From Nemertoderma westbladi (Eukaryota; Animalia; Xenacoelomorpha): 37,544 nt of DNA. A program made the translations under genes and the position numbers. This document shows positions 10,182-22,189 of this stretch, piece by piece; the first letter of the stretch is position 1, and every line of letters starts with the position of its first letter. The notes below the pieces were generated by a model. The model searched no databases. It saw only the letters and a list, made by a program, of their open reading frames with translations, and was not told where the DNA came from. The stretch spans positions 1-37,544 of the forward strand of contig JAUCBJ010001199.1 in NCBI GenBank assembly GCA_032718475.1, given 5' to 3'.

Positions 10182-11660
10182 TAGGGTGGAGTGAAAAATG
10201 TAATTTTTGTCGTACCCCCTTGGAAGTGTGGGAAAAAACGGACCTATATCAAATTAAAATCAGCCAAATTTGATCGAGATCTGTCAAGGGGATCATCTGT
10301 CATACTCAACTTATATTTTTCAACTTTTGGGCACATTTTGGAATATATTTGCGCTTTTGTGGTCTCTAGCAAAATTTGCGTTGTAATGCTCGGATGTAAA
10401 AAAAATAGTTATAATTAGTTGCAAGCATTTATAGAACTACATATAATTCATTGGCAAAGTATAGTAGTAAATTTATTGACTAATGTGTCCCTAATGTAAA
10501 CACAATTGCCATTTATCTTTCCCAAAAATGAAATTAATTTTGCTGTCCCTGAAATAATAATGTCCCTGTTAATTTTAATTAACATTTTGTTTGAGTGGGA
10601 AATTTAAATCAAATGAAACGGTCCGTGTATAGAAAAAGGTGGATTCATTTACAGTAATTAACATACTGCAGTTCAGAGTAGGCTACAATTACACACGGAC
10701 TGCCTCTGATAATAAACTTGGTTTGTGATTTAAGAATGTCTGTATCTCCCAGACAAAATGAAGGTTATCTAAATATGGGAGATAAACCTATATTATGTAT
10801 CAGTAGGTAGCCAGACAACATTAAAGACAGCCTAACAGATCTGCCACAGCCAATACTAAAACAGATAGGCCTAGCCTACTACCATTGGAATTGATTTCCG
10901 CAACAGTGGCTTTATCTATTGTTTGTGATTTCCGATTTAAGATTACGTTTATGATAGGGTTAGGAATATTTCATAATATGACAAAAATTCTTAGGGTTAG
11001 GGTTCGAATGACATTCTGGGTTAGGGTTAGAACTGCAATCCACAATGTAATAGAAACAAACAGATCTGAATAAACAGATCAGTTAGGCTGTCTCTAATGT
11101 CTTGTGTTGGTAGGGCCAGCTACTGAACTATGGTTACAGTAATTACACTAGCACTAGGACTAGGCCTACTTGAATAATATTAATATTAGAAATAATACTA
11201 GAGGCCTATATTAATAAAATATGGCAATACGGTTAGCCAGTTCTCATATCTATGGCCAGCCACATCCTCTGCCTGAGTCTCAACCGCCTACAAATGGCGA
11301 TGTGTTGCGCTACATTCAGCTAGTGAGATCACAAATGAAATCAGCTGCTGGATCACAGAGAGATCCCACTCATTATTCAGTTGCACAAAGTGTTGCAAGG
11401 TGTCATATTCAAAACACTGAAACTGATGTCTGATGTTCGAAGCCAGCTTGAAAAGGTACCAGATAAACAGAGAAAAGGAGCTTCCTACTTGGCCAAACTT
11501 CAAGAATGGAAGTTAAAGTTTGAACAGCTGTTTGATATTACAGCATGCAAATGTTCTGAAAACTGCAGCTGCAGTAAGGAGAAGCAGATACCACCTATTG
11601 AACGTGAATTCTTGGCAGATCAGAGGAATGCTCGTCAGATGGTCATTGGTACAGTTGATG
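10182..11660 (+). mobile_element. 5' part of a DNA transposon, probably hAT superfamily (hATm-like), with a degraded transposase N-terminus cut by the CR1 insertion
   Basis: TAGGGTG-type terminus at 10182. ORFs 11221-11433 and 11381-11660 carry LP.SQPPTNGDVLRY and LFDITACKC...CSC.KEKQIP..EREFL.DQR..RQM.IG.VD, recalled as a transposase N-terminal region. Coding stops abruptly at the (TTTA)n tail. Confidence 0.6.
10818..11100. mobile_element. MITE-like element with 26-bp inverted ends and internal TTAGGG motifs
   Basis: 10818-10843 ACATTAAAGACAGCCTAACAGATCTG vs 11075-11100 reverse complement, 24/26. TTAGGGTTAG motifs at about 10955-11030. Confidence 0.7.
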
Positions 11661-12047
11661 TTTATTTATTTATTTATTTCACAATTAATATTAAAATTTA
11701 AATCGGAAACACACAGATTAAAATATTAAAATTAAAGGGAGAAAATCACCAAGGTTCCCTTCCGGGAGCACTAATAGGTAACCTAGCATCGGATCGGAAT
11801 ACTCATTTCGAAACCTTTACTAAATATACAGTATAACAGTAAGTAATTTAAAATTATTGTAATTTATGATGCAATAAACTGATAAAAACGTTATGTAATT
11901 ACAACAAATAAGCGTACGTAGTAGCATAAAATAACAAATATGTAACCATGAACAACAGTATGTGATGAAGCAGATTTTAAAAAATGGGCACAAATATATG
12001 AGAATTTAAAAAAATGCACATGAGAGTATATACAAAATAAAAAATAT

Positions 12048-14864
12048 TTACAAATGTCTGTCAAAAAGACAGTGTTGCATTAGTTCTACGTTACGCAATT
12101 TTCTCGAAAAAATATTTAAACTGTGCGCGTTTACAACGTCTGGCGGCAAACTATTCCAAATTGGCACTACTCGGTTTGCAAAACTGTACTTAGTAATCTG
12201 GAGTCTATAACGATTTATAAATAATTTATAACCATTGCTACGCGTAGAATGACACGATGCAGTAAAAAATGAATTAAAATCTAAATCAACACCATTATTA
12301 ATAATATTGTAAGTCATTTTTAAATCAAATATAATTCTACGGACCTCCAGTGGCTGCAAATTTAAAAACTCTAAACGTTTAATATAATTATTACGACTCA
12401 GGCCACAACGGGCGTATAACCTGCGTGTAAAATAACGCTGCACGCGTTCAACTAGATCTATACTACCCAATTGAAACGGTGACCAAATAGGGGTGCAATA
12501 TTCAAGTATAGGTCTGACATAACTTGTATACGCTTTCAACAATGCACTCATATTATCTGTATAAAAACAACGAAATATTAAATTAACGATTTTGAGAGCC
12601 TTAGAAACCTTCTCCTTACAATGTAGTTCAAACTTTAAATTATCAGCAATAAGGACACCTAGGTCTTTGAACTTACAATCAGAATTAATTAAAATGTCAT
12701 TCAAATAAAAATCGACTGCACCATTCACTTTCTTTGCACCCACATGGATAACTCTACATTTATCAACTGCTATTTTAAGCTGCCAGTTTTTGGTCCAAAA
12801 TTCCAACCTCTGAATAGCTGAAATTAAAAGATGACTATCATCACTCTTCGCATACATTTTCAAATCGTCGGCAAACAGCTGACAGGTAACTGGACTAATT
12901 ATGTCTGGCAGGTCGTTTACAAACAACAGGAAGAGAAGGGGACCCAATACACTACCCTGGGGGGTGCCGGAAATGACGTCACAAGTTATCGAATGCTGAT
13001 TTCCAACAACCACGCGTTGCGTGCGATTGGAAAGAAAAGCCCTAATCCATAATAATAAATTACCTGATATACCATAGCAAGACAACTTATGCACCAACTT
13101 GTTATGTACCACAGAGTCAAAGGCCTTAGCTAGATCTACATAAATTATATCAACGGAATTGCGATTATCAAGCTGTTTGTACCAATGGTTTGTAGATTCC
13201 AAAAGTTGTGTACATGTAGACCGTCTTTTCATGAAACCATGTTGAGACTTTGTTATTATATGGTTTGTCAGTAGATAATCAAGCAATTCTGTTTTTATAC
13301 ATAATTCCATTATTTTACAACCAATACAAGTAAGTGATATGGGACGATAATTGTAAGGATCAGTTGGATCTCCCTTTTTAAATAAGGGTATAATATCGGC
13401 TGTACGCCATATGTCGGGTAAAGTGTGTGATTCAAATGATACCTTAAAAATTACAGATAAAGGAGCCGCCAGACAACGCGCCAGTTTAGAAAATATGTAA
13501 CATGGTAAACCATCAGGAGTTCTGCTTAATTTAGGCTCTAATTTACGAAGAACTGAAAAAACATTAACAGGTGAAAAGTCTATATTCGATATATGCACAC
13601 TAGAAGATACTTTATTGGTAAAATTTGGCAAAACATTATCATCAGTGGTGAAATTTTCTGTAAACACACTTGCAAGTATATTAGCTCTCGCGCAATCGTC
13701 AACAATAATACTACCATTGTACTTAAAAGCGGAAATACCAGCTCGATTGTTACGCTTTGAATTTACGTAAGAGAAAATTGCATCCGACTTACCAGAACTT
13801 AGTATCTTATTTTCACGAATACATGCGGCACGGTAAACCGCCTTTGAAGCTGCTTTGGCACACCTTTTGTATTCGGCCTGGCCATCTACAGTGTGTCTTC
13901 GCCGCCACGCTATTTTTTTTCTTTTTTGAAGAGTTCGTACGTAAGCCGGATATGATCTCTTATTTGACTTTCGCAGTAAAATTCGAGGAACAAAACGTTC
14001 TATACCAGATTTTAAAATATTACTAAATGTTGTCCAGTAGTCATTAACAGATATACATGATTCATACTCGGATACCCAATTATTATTATCAACAAATCTA
14101 GAAAAGTTTACATAATCTGCATTTTTAAAATCATAATAAAAATCGCGGTCATCATAAGTTTCCGGTTGCGGGGTGAATATGCTAAAAAATACTGATCCAT
14201 CGTGATCACTCGTACCTAAACCAGCAGAAACATGAACATTAGAAATAAATAACTCATCTGACGTAAACACCAAATCAAGAACACTACTCAATCGTGTGGG
14301 GTTGTACTGTAATTGAGTTAAACCATTATCCAGGATAAAGTTTGCAAATAGATTATACAATGGACTGTCTGGGTGTGAATTTGTTTGCCAGTCAAATAGT
14401 CTGAGATTAAAATCACCACAGAGTGCGACTGGGTACTGTACCTCACATAAATCTGATAAATATTTACAAAAACGGGTATCAGTATCTATACTAGAAGATG
14501 GCGATCTATATGCACATATTACACGAGATGGAGTGTTACTTAGTAAATCTACTGCAACAACTTCAATATCGCTACCATACTTCATGTTATTTAGGGGAAC
14601 CTTTATAGCAATTATTTCTTTTTTAACAAGTAAGACCACACCGCCACCTCTAGTAGTACGGTCATTTCTATACACATTAAATTTCCCATCGCCACTTAAC
14701 ATCTCGTCGGTAATATCATCAGTTAACCACGATTCGGTAATACCGATTAAGTCACATCTTGAATCGGATAAAAACAGTTCAAGATCCAATAGTTTGTTAC
14801 CCAATGACTGAGCATTAAAAGTACAACACTGTACAAGCGGGTTTGAATTACGGGAATTTTCTCC
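12048..14864 (-). CDS. CR1 ORF2, endonuclease-reverse transcriptase, uninterrupted
   Basis: More than 918 codons open. Motifs TFNAQSL.NK (upstream of the called start), ITESWL, GDFN, SDH, NYRPIS, QHGF, DLAKAFDSV, PQGSVLGP, FADD, YVRPILEYC.PIWSP, RVVPIWNSLP. Confidence 0.96.
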   Translation of the reverse strand, partial: GENSRNSNPLVQCCTFNAQSLGNKLLDLELFLSDSRCDLIGITESWLTDDITDEMLSGDGKFNVYRNDRTTRGGGVVLLVKKEIIAIKVPLNNMKYGSDIEVVAVDLLSNTPSRVICAYRSPSSSIDTDTRFCKYLSDLCEVQYPVALCGDFNLRLFDWQTNSHPDSPLYNLFANFILDNGLTQLQYNPTRLSSVLDLVFTSDELFISNVHVSAGLGTSDHDGSVFFSIFTPQPETYDDRDFYYDFKNADYVNFSRFVDNNNWVSEYESCISVNDYWTTFSNILKSGIERFVPRILLRKSNKRSYPAYVRTLQKRKKIAWRRRHTVDGQAEYKRCAKAASKAVYRAACIRENKILSSGKSDAIFSYVNSKRNNRAGISAFKYNGSIIVDDCARANILASVFTENFTTDDNVLPNFTNKVSSSVHISNIDFSPVNVFSVLRKLEPKLSRTPDGLPCYIFSKLARCLAAPLSVIFKVSFESHTLPDIWRTADIIPLFKKGDPTDPYNYRPISLTCIGCKIMELCIKTELLDYLLTNHIITKSQHGFMKRRSTCTQLLESTNHWYKQLDNRNSVDIIYVDLAKAFDSVVHNKLVHKLSCYGISGNLLLWIRAFLSNRTQRVVVGNQHSITCDVISGTPQGSVLGPLLFLLFVNDLPDIISPVTCQLFADDLKMYAKSDDSHLLISAIQRLEFWTKNWQLKIAVDKCRVIHVGAKKVNGAVDFYLNDILINSDCKFKDLGVLIADNLKFELHCKEKVSKALKIVNLIFRCFYTDNMSALLKAYTSYVRPILEYCTPIWSPFQLGSIDLVERVQRYFTRRLYARCGLSRNNYIKRLEFLNLQPLEVRRIIFDLKMTYNIINNGVDLDFNSFFTASCHSTRSNGYKLFINRYRLQITKYSFANRVVPIWNSLPPDVVNAHSLNIFSRKLRNVELMQHCLFDRHL

Positions 14865-14866
14865 CT

Positions 14867-15235
14867 TTAGTGGTTTTCCGAGTCCGAACTTTCAGTGGGG
14901 GTGGCAATCGGGTTTGATGTTTCGCCTCCTGAACTTCGCCCAACATTGTTCGAATCGCGATTTGATTTACGTCGAAGGAATGCCTGTTCAGACTGAAGTC
15001 GGGTCAAATCAGGTGATACGTAAACATTTGAATGTGAATCAGAATGCCGCAGTTTGTTTTTAGCCTTTAATATAGCGGATTTTCTTTCAGCCGAGGTTAA
15101 CTTAACAATAATCATTGAAGGCTGTCTGTTCGTCGCGTTTCCTGCGCGTCGGAAAAGTACCGTGTCCACGGAATTATCTACATTAAATTCCTTGGACATA
15201 ACTTTCATTACATTTTCATATAACATTTCATACAT
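14867..15235 (-). CDS. CR1 ORF1 C-terminal fragment
   Basis: IIVKL...ILKAKNKLR...VYVSPDLT..Q, typical of CR1 ORF1 C-termini, abutting ORF2. Confidence 0.85.
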   Translation of the reverse strand: MYEMLYENVMKVMSKEFNVDNSVDTVLFRRAGNATNRQPSMIIVKLTSAERKSAILKAKNKLRHSDSHSNVYVSPDLTRLQSEQAFLRRKSNRDSNNVGRSSGGETSNPIATPTESSDSENH

Positions 15236-16979
15236 TCCTTGGACCTACGCAAATGGAGTTGAGGTTAGAATTCTGAGTTTATCTAAGAATAGAGTTTTTA
15301 ATCTCAAAAAAAACATATTTTGGATGATGCCGTTCGTCAGTTGACTACGCTTAGTAAGACACCAGGACATAAAGAGGAGATCATAATGCGAAACATGGAG
15401 CTCTTGGGATGTTGTCAATTTGGAGGGCGCAATTATTATATGATGGCGGGCCTTTGATCTAGAACTCGATACATGATTATCTTGTTGCCATTATCTCGTC
15501 ATGACATTGACGTCACACCTCTCCTTTGTTCTTTCTCTAACATATGAACACTTTCCATTGTCATATTTTAATCATCTACCTCTATAAAAAGCTATCATGA
15601 TGGCCACGGTTCACTCTAGAAACATTTCCATATAAATTTTTATCCTTTTCTGTCATCTAATTACAATGTTTTCTTACATATAAGAATATATTTACTTTTT
15701 GTATTAACTTCGCCAAACCCTTCAGCTAATTTGCCATGAAATACCGAATCTTCAACAAACTGAAATGTATACTCTTCATTCCAACGAAATGAAGCTTTCA
15801 TTACTGACCTACATCTTTTTGTGTTAAAATTTAATTGTATAACACATTGCTGTAAGAAGTTACCATGTTCAGTGGGCAAACTCTCACCTCTACCATTATT
15901 GTAAGATTTACAAATAACGAATATATCCTTGCCTGGAATGTGATTCATCATTTCAACATTATCAACCATATCAACTGTAGGAACAAGATCACAAATATCT
16001 CCTGCAACCTGATCTGCGACCATATCACCTAAATGTAAGTGGCCTAAAACCACACTAATTTTCTCCAGGCAATCAGTAACATTCGTATTAGACCTTGGAA
16101 CCCTTGTGTTATTATTGACAACACGCTGCAGATAATTTAGAACTGACTGTTGAGTGACGATTTTCGGTTCAATATTCAACAATGTGTGATACAACACATG
16201 GCAATACATTATACAAACTGCAATCATAAACCTGGTGCTAAATTGTCTACTTTATGAATAACCCAAGGTCTCATTCCAGTACTTGATTAAGTCTGTATAC
16301 AAGGCATTTCTTTTCTTGATATTTCCCTAACAGATTGTTTCCCAATTTTTATCACTCGTTGCTTTCTTATAACAATATCAATATGTATCATATGTCATAT
16401 GTGCTGTATCAATATGTATTGCTCCTTGTAAATTATCCTTTATTTTATCAGGTGGCGGCAAATCATGTCTTTACATCTTCCACATAATTATCTTCTAGGT
16501 TAGGTCTACCATCCCTAACGAATTCAATAACATCCACTCTGTATTCCAAAATTAGTCTATTAGCCTTCTCTAATCTGTTATCATCATAAAAACAAATGGA
16601 AACTGAATCCGCGGATCCAACTCTATGAATGTTGAAGATATTCTGTTGTAACCACCTTTTGTATTTATCGTCCGATACGAATCCACATGCTATCTATCCA
16701 ACTCTTGGTACTGATTACATGGGGTGATATCTTTGCCATAGATAATACATCTGGCCACGCGAACAAGTATCTTGCATTATCGTCACCTGTAATGTATTTA
16801 AAACTTTTTTAAATATAAAGATTAAATAAAATATAACATCAAACAAAAAAAAATGAAAAAAAGACTGCAGACACTACAGATGTGTCTCTGTCTATATGAC
16901 AGTGATTTCTAACAAACTATTAATTTAGTGTTTGTTTATTTAAGAGATTGACACAGTGAGTAAAGGAAAGTAAGAGTAA

Positions 16980-17276
16980 GGGTGTGTTCATAAAGTATTT
17001 CACGCAATAGGGAGGGGGGGGGGGGGGGGGGGGATCAGGGAAAATTTGCGTGACATACTTTATACTACTACTACGACTAGGATCGGCATGCTGCATTGCA
17101 GCTGCATTTTTAAGTATGCTGTGCCGGCTTGTCGACAAAATTACGCCGCCACAACTCCCTATCACCTATGACATTTGCTAGATCATCCGCATCTTCAAGG
17201 CCATTGTCCTTTAAGATGCGTCTCAAGAAATTCATGGGCTGACCAGCATGGATTGACATACTTTATGAACACCCCC
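16980..17276. mobile_element. Tiny MITE (about 95 bp before insertion; PIF/Harbinger-like by recollection) carrying an RTE insertion
   Basis: Inverted ends GGGTGTGTTCATAAAGTAT (16980-16998) and 17258-17276, 18/19, with a central poly-G. Confidence 0.75.
17064..17253 (-). mobile_element. 5'-truncated RTE copy (190 bp) with (TAG)n tail and 13-bp TSD
   Basis: TSD TGACATACTTTAT at 17051-17063 and 17254-17266. The inner part matches about 23595-23670. Confidence 0.92.
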
Positions 17277-17465
17277 GGATATCAATAGTAAGTTGTATTA
17301 TCGTTACATATCTGTAAAGCATACACCACAATTTAATAAAAATTGTTTGATAATGAAAAATTTAAGTACTAGTTATATTTTGGGAAAAAAAAATTTCAAT
17401 ACGATATAGTGGTTGATAACATATTGGTATTAACTGTGACTTGTAGACTCACCCATTAATTTTGC

Positions 17466-17702
17466 AGATAGGGTGGGAAACTGGACGCAATAAAAATTCA
17501 CCCCTCTCCAGGGGAAATTGGACGCAAATAACACATGATTACTCTCAAAACTGTAACCTGTTTTATTGTATTTAGTTTATTGTTTTGGTTAAAAAAAAAC
17601 GTGCCACTGTAACCTGCTCCTTTCCCTAAAATGAGAATTTAACATTGAGGCGGGATATTAATTCGCCAAGGCGGGTATTGCGTCTAGTTTTCCCCCCTGT
17701 CT
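17466..17702. mobile_element. MITE with about 27-bp imperfect TIRs
   Basis: AGATAGGGTGGGAAACTGGACGCAATA / TATTGCGTCTAGTTTTCCCCCCTGTCT. The internal sequence recurs inverted in the 2-kb tandem unit. Confidence 0.7.
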
Positions 17703-18187
17703 CAAATTTTGTAATAGCTTCTTTTTCGATGTTTGTAACATAATATTCTAAACAAATATTTTTATACTCTAAAAATAAAAATAAATACCCTATACAACAT
17801 ATTTTTTTATTTTTTTTTATTTTATATTTTTTTAACTTTACATGTTACAAAAATTAATTAATTACGCACCACCTACACTTTATCACAATCTATTGATAAA
17901 TTAGCTATTTAATTCGAATTAAATTAATTGTAAATATATCATATATCGTCGAAAAGGGTCTATAAAAAAGCAGATGCCACCTATCTATAAAGTGATATCA
18001 GATTCTTAGTAGTAACACGGCGTGCACCATGAAATGACCTCAGATATATTTATCCTCACAAATACTTGCAAATGTTTGTAAAATATGTACTTGATATGAA
18101 TAGAATAAACTAACGGCCACCATCTCCTTTAGATAAATATTTCGAACATTCAGCATATAAAATATAATATCCATTCTGACACTCAAC

Positions 18188-18340
18188 CTAGAATTAAAAA
18201 AAATAAATAAAAGATTCCTTTAAAATACTACATGCAAAATGTACGCGTTGTATAGGTACTAGAATTAAAAAAAATAAATAAAAGATTCCTTGAAAATACT
18301 ACATGCAAAATACATGCAAAATGTACGCGTTGTATAGGTA
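18188..18340. repeat. 71-bp tandem duplication
   Basis: CTAGAATTAAAA...TATAGGTA twice; the second copy has an extra TACATGCAAAA. Confidence 0.9.
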
Positions 18341-18826
18341 CATGGCATTCTATACGTATAGCTTTCTAGTTTATTTAGAAGGATTTAATGTTTCATTGCA
18401 TGGAAGGCCTTCTTCAGATCAATGTAATGTAATGTAATGTTCATTTAGAAACCACCTATATGCCATTTTTGCCGAAATAAAGATTGCTGCATTTCTCTAT
18501 GTTAAAATGTATTCGGAATCCGATTAACACACTTAGAAGGCCATACTCCCACATATAATTGAGATATTTAACGTTTCAAAACCACCTACAGTATATGCCA
18601 GTTTTGCATAGACAGCATGATAAATAATGTTTTTTTAATACAACCTATATAATACATTTTACTATTAGAAATAGAGTAAGCCCGGGAAACGTTGATATAA
18701 AATTGGAAACAATGAATAAGGAGCTAGAATTGTTGTTTATTATGATAGAGAGAGATTTGTTTTATATTTTTAAAACTTAATAATCGAATTTGTCTTAAAG
18801 GGTTTTATTTCTTTTTGAGTTATCAT

Positions 18827-18889
18827 ATACATATAAGATACATATAAGATACATATAAGATACATATAAGATACATATAAGATACATAT
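18827..18889. repeat. 11-bp minisatellite (ATACATATAAG), about 5.7 copies
   Basis: Direct reading. Confidence 0.95.
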
Positions 18890-19136
18890 TTATTTATTTA
18901 ATTTAATATCGTACGTTATTAACACAGTAATAAGTACAGCGTAGAAAAGTATACTAATAACTAGGTAGCACAAATAGAGTGTAAAGTAAGTAAATACAGA
19001 GCCAACAGGAACAGACAAACCAGGATTAATGATGGCACATGAACAGCAAGATGGTAGCTAGTAATTTTGTGATATTGGTAAAAGTATTATGTATAACCAG
19101 TACTAGTACAGTATGTATGTATACAGCACATTTGTG

Positions 19137-20175
19137 GGTACTTCTGCAGTATACCCCCACACCCTCTAAATTTCTTAACATTTATACAATTGTACTATGT
19201 CATTTATTAAATGTTCAAATTTGTTTTCTTCCTTTCTCTTTGATTCTCGCCACATGAATTCAATGAAATATGTGCGTAACAAGGATCTATGAGTTCCACA
19301 CTCTATCTTGTTCCTGCGTTTGGCACGCATCCACAAGTTCTCGATATTCTGCGTGTGGGCTCCACTCTCTGGGTCAACAAAGTTCTTACTATGATTCACG
19401 GTTTCGTGTGAATAGCCCTCAGGAAGATTTTCAATCCCATTGTATGCCTTCCAGAGATCGGACCTGATTAATGTATCTGGGAGAATGTACTCTTGTATAA
19501 TAGGGAGAAAAGTGTCAGCATTACGGCAGGCAACTGGTACCAAAAAACATGCCCTTGTACTCACATCAATGCCTCCGAACACCCATTCCTGGCCCACTTC
19601 GCGTCCAACATTGTGTTTCCTGCGAGCAAAAAGGCTCTCATCCACCTCCACAATGTGCCCACTACCACCAATTTTTGCTGAATTGTTTAATAACGACTGT
19701 GCACAAATATCTCGATGAAAGTTCTTCCAATCAACAGTGGTGTGGTCGCTCATTCCGAATTCCCGCCTCGCCTTTTCCATGGACACTTCTTCATAGGCCC
19801 AATAGTACGAGAATTCAAGAAGTGTACTTATTGGTAAATTACTTCCAGCGAAAAAAGAACCTTTCCTTATTGTGCTCTCCTTCATGCAGGGACGTGGGCA
19901 ACGCCAAATTTCTCCACCCTTGCAGCGCTTCGTAGCCCAAAGTTTCATTTCACTACCACAAAAACAAGTACTGCTGGTTGTCAACAGAAAATTGTCTCTG
20001 CATAGCTGTAATGAATCAGCTACAGTACTTGTACGTAGCACCAATTCACGCAAATTTAACTTGCCTAAAGACATTTTGCCACAATAATTGTGTTCTAGAA
20101 TCTAGTCACCATAGCGGTAGTAAAGGAAAGTGATAAAACATATATCAAGGTGTGGGGGTATACTGCAGAAGTACC
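19137..20175 (-). mobile_element. Complete Merlin (IS1016/IS1595-like) DNA transposon, 1,039 bp
   Basis: Perfect 27-bp TIRs GGTACTTCTGCAGTATACCCCCACACC (19137-19163, 20149-20175) and 8-bp TSD CATTTGTG (19129-19136, 20176-20183). Confidence 0.97.
19175..20074 (-). CDS. Merlin DDE transposase, 299 aa, intact
   Basis: N-terminal CxC...WRC..C zinc ribbon, then IRKGSFF, VEVDES, WVFGG, SDLWKAY, HETVNHS.NFVDP, HTQNIENLW. Confidence 0.96.
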   Translation of the reverse strand: MSLGKLNLRELVLRTSTVADSLQLCRDNFLLTTSSTCFCGSEMKLWATKRCKGGEIWRCPRPCMKESTIRKGSFFAGSNLPISTLLEFSYYWAYEEVSMEKARREFGMSDHTTVDWKNFHRDICAQSLLNNSAKIGGSGHIVEVDESLFARRKHNVGREVGQEWVFGGIDVSTRACFLVPVACRNADTFLPIIQEYILPDTLIRSDLWKAYNGIENLPEGYSHETVNHSKNFVDPESGAHTQNIENLWMRAKRRNKIECGTHRSLLRTYFIEFMWRESKRKEENKFEHLINDIVQLYKC

Positions 20176-21477
20176 CATTTGTGTTCATTTATTGTGTTTT
20201 ATGCCATTTTATTATGTTGTAGAACATTGGTGATTGTTCTAGAACCTTAGTATAAATTTTTTAATGGTAGCTCGTTTTTTTTTACTAGCTACTATTTTTT
20301 GAAAATTAGAAAATATAATATTGTTTTATAGTGTTTTTTTGGATATTGGTAAATGTTCTAGAACCTTAATATATATTTTTTTATGGTACCGGTGGTAACT
20401 AGTGTGTTTTTTTAATAGCTAGTATTTTTTGAAAAAAAAAATGATAGATATTTCTATCTTTTCTAGAAATTTCTAGATATTTTATCTAGAAATAGTTCTA
20501 TCTAGATTTAATATCACGTCACAACTTGAGGTTAATTGAATAACATCGGTTTCTGATAGTTGTCTAAATAAAACGGCTAGAGTATGTTTGGGTGAGAAGT
20601 CGTCAACATTTTCGTTCGCTCCATTTCTAAGTATATCTAAGAGTTCAGTAGATTTGGGCTTCTTAGCATATGTCTGGCAGGTAGTTCAGGGTGGTAATGT
20701 ATACGAAATTAGAAATGTAGTGGAGAAACTTAGAAGAAAACCTCCCCAGTTAACATTTTGGGAACTAAATTTTGACACAATTTCCCATAATATGGCAGCT
20801 TGCCATACAATTATTGGTTCTTAGGTCTTATAACTGATATGGACTGGGTTCTGCCCTAAACCGCAACAAACATTGGAATGGGAGTTTGATAATGTAAGGG
20901 GCCATCGTTTTCTTGTATTTGTCTGTTCTCCTGTTAAAGTATCACTTAGTATAGCTTTTCGAAGTGATACACTGTGTCACCCAATGGCACTGATGTTGAA
21001 TTCACCAAACAATCGTAGGTTTGGTTAGCTGTTGCTCCACTTGCCATACTTAGTAAAGATAGACTGGTTGCAGGGTATATCAGATAAATGTAATATTATA
21101 TTTTAAGGGGGATATAATATCTCATAAAAACATCAGGCCCTGCAGCACCAAACTATCAACCAGTACTAACTACAACATCGGAAACAACAAAGAAAATACT
21201 GAAAGGTTTATAATATGTGCTACATCATATAAACAACTGAGGATCAAAAGCAAAGAAATTATAATATTACTTTGAAATATGCAAGAACTACTAAAGATAA
21301 ATACAATTATAAAACACTAGCTACATATACAACAATATATACTTAACTACAAAAATATAAATATGATCCAATGGCAATAATACAACCAATTAATTAACCA
21401 TTTAATAGAATACATTTGTTTATCATAATAATTGTATATTTTTAGGTTCATTGTCATTCATTGTCAATGTAATATAA

Positions 21478-21755
21478 TCTATACCTATAAAAATCAAATT
21501 CTGTCTGTCTCTCTCTCTCTCTGTGTGTGTTCGAACTCCTCCAAAACGGGCAGAGGGATTGCGCTGGAACTTGGCATGTGTGTATAACATATATCAATCA
21601 ATCGTTATAGGCCACTTTTCGAAAAGTTTAATTCACGTTCGGTACCGGTACTGGGTACCGGTACGTCAGTAGGCCTATACCGGTACCAGTACGCCAGTAG
21701 GCCTATGCCGGTAGCGGGAAATACCGGGTAACATGTCTCGGGTATTGCCTGCTAG
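21478..21755 (+). mobile_element. Non-autonomous Helitron, 278 bp
   Basis: A|TCTATACCTATAAAA 5' end, (CTGT/CT/GT) microsatellite, subterminal hairpin AATACCGGG...CTCGGGTATT, CTAG|T 3' end, no TSD. Confidence 0.85.
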
Positions 21756-22189
21756 TATAATATAAAATGTAAAATAATTTGTTATAATAATTAAGGACCT
21801 CATAACAGGAAAAATATATCAGCCCAATAATTGGTAAGCAGAATATAAATAGGTCAAATTAACAATATATCAGAGGTCACATAAACTTGTTTCGCAACCG
21901 ACCCATATACTATATTCCACGAATTCATGTCAGTTGGTACAGACGTACCTTCAATGGCTTTAATTAAGTGATGAAATTCCTCCATTATGTAATCTCCCCC
22001 CTGGTATAATTTTGAGTTGAACGAATTATGTTTTTGACAGACCAATATCAAGCAAGTAAAATTAATTGGAAACAGAGAAACAACATGTTCCTATCTGTTC
22101 AACCGTAAGTAGTCATCATTTTATTTAAGCAGGGACACAAAGCGCAACCCTGTTTAAATACTGTAAGTAAAATTATCACATGGTTACAT

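Larger units (their letters stand above)
11661..15240 (-). mobile_element. CR1-group LINE, 5'-truncated in ORF1, 3' (TAAA)n tail
   Basis: ORF1 remnant, ORF2, about 390 nt of 3' UTR and a (TTTA)n run at 11661-11679. Confidence 0.95.

Noticed and set aside
10955-11030. Telomere or interstitial telomeric array
   Set aside because: Only isolated pairs of TTAGGG, inside a MITE-like element.
15661-16227. 188-aa minus-strand ORF
   Set aside because: No recognisable motif. The plus strand near 15690-15840 resembles a decayed RT (INFAKPF...NKLK...SFITD), so it is likely a shadow ORF.
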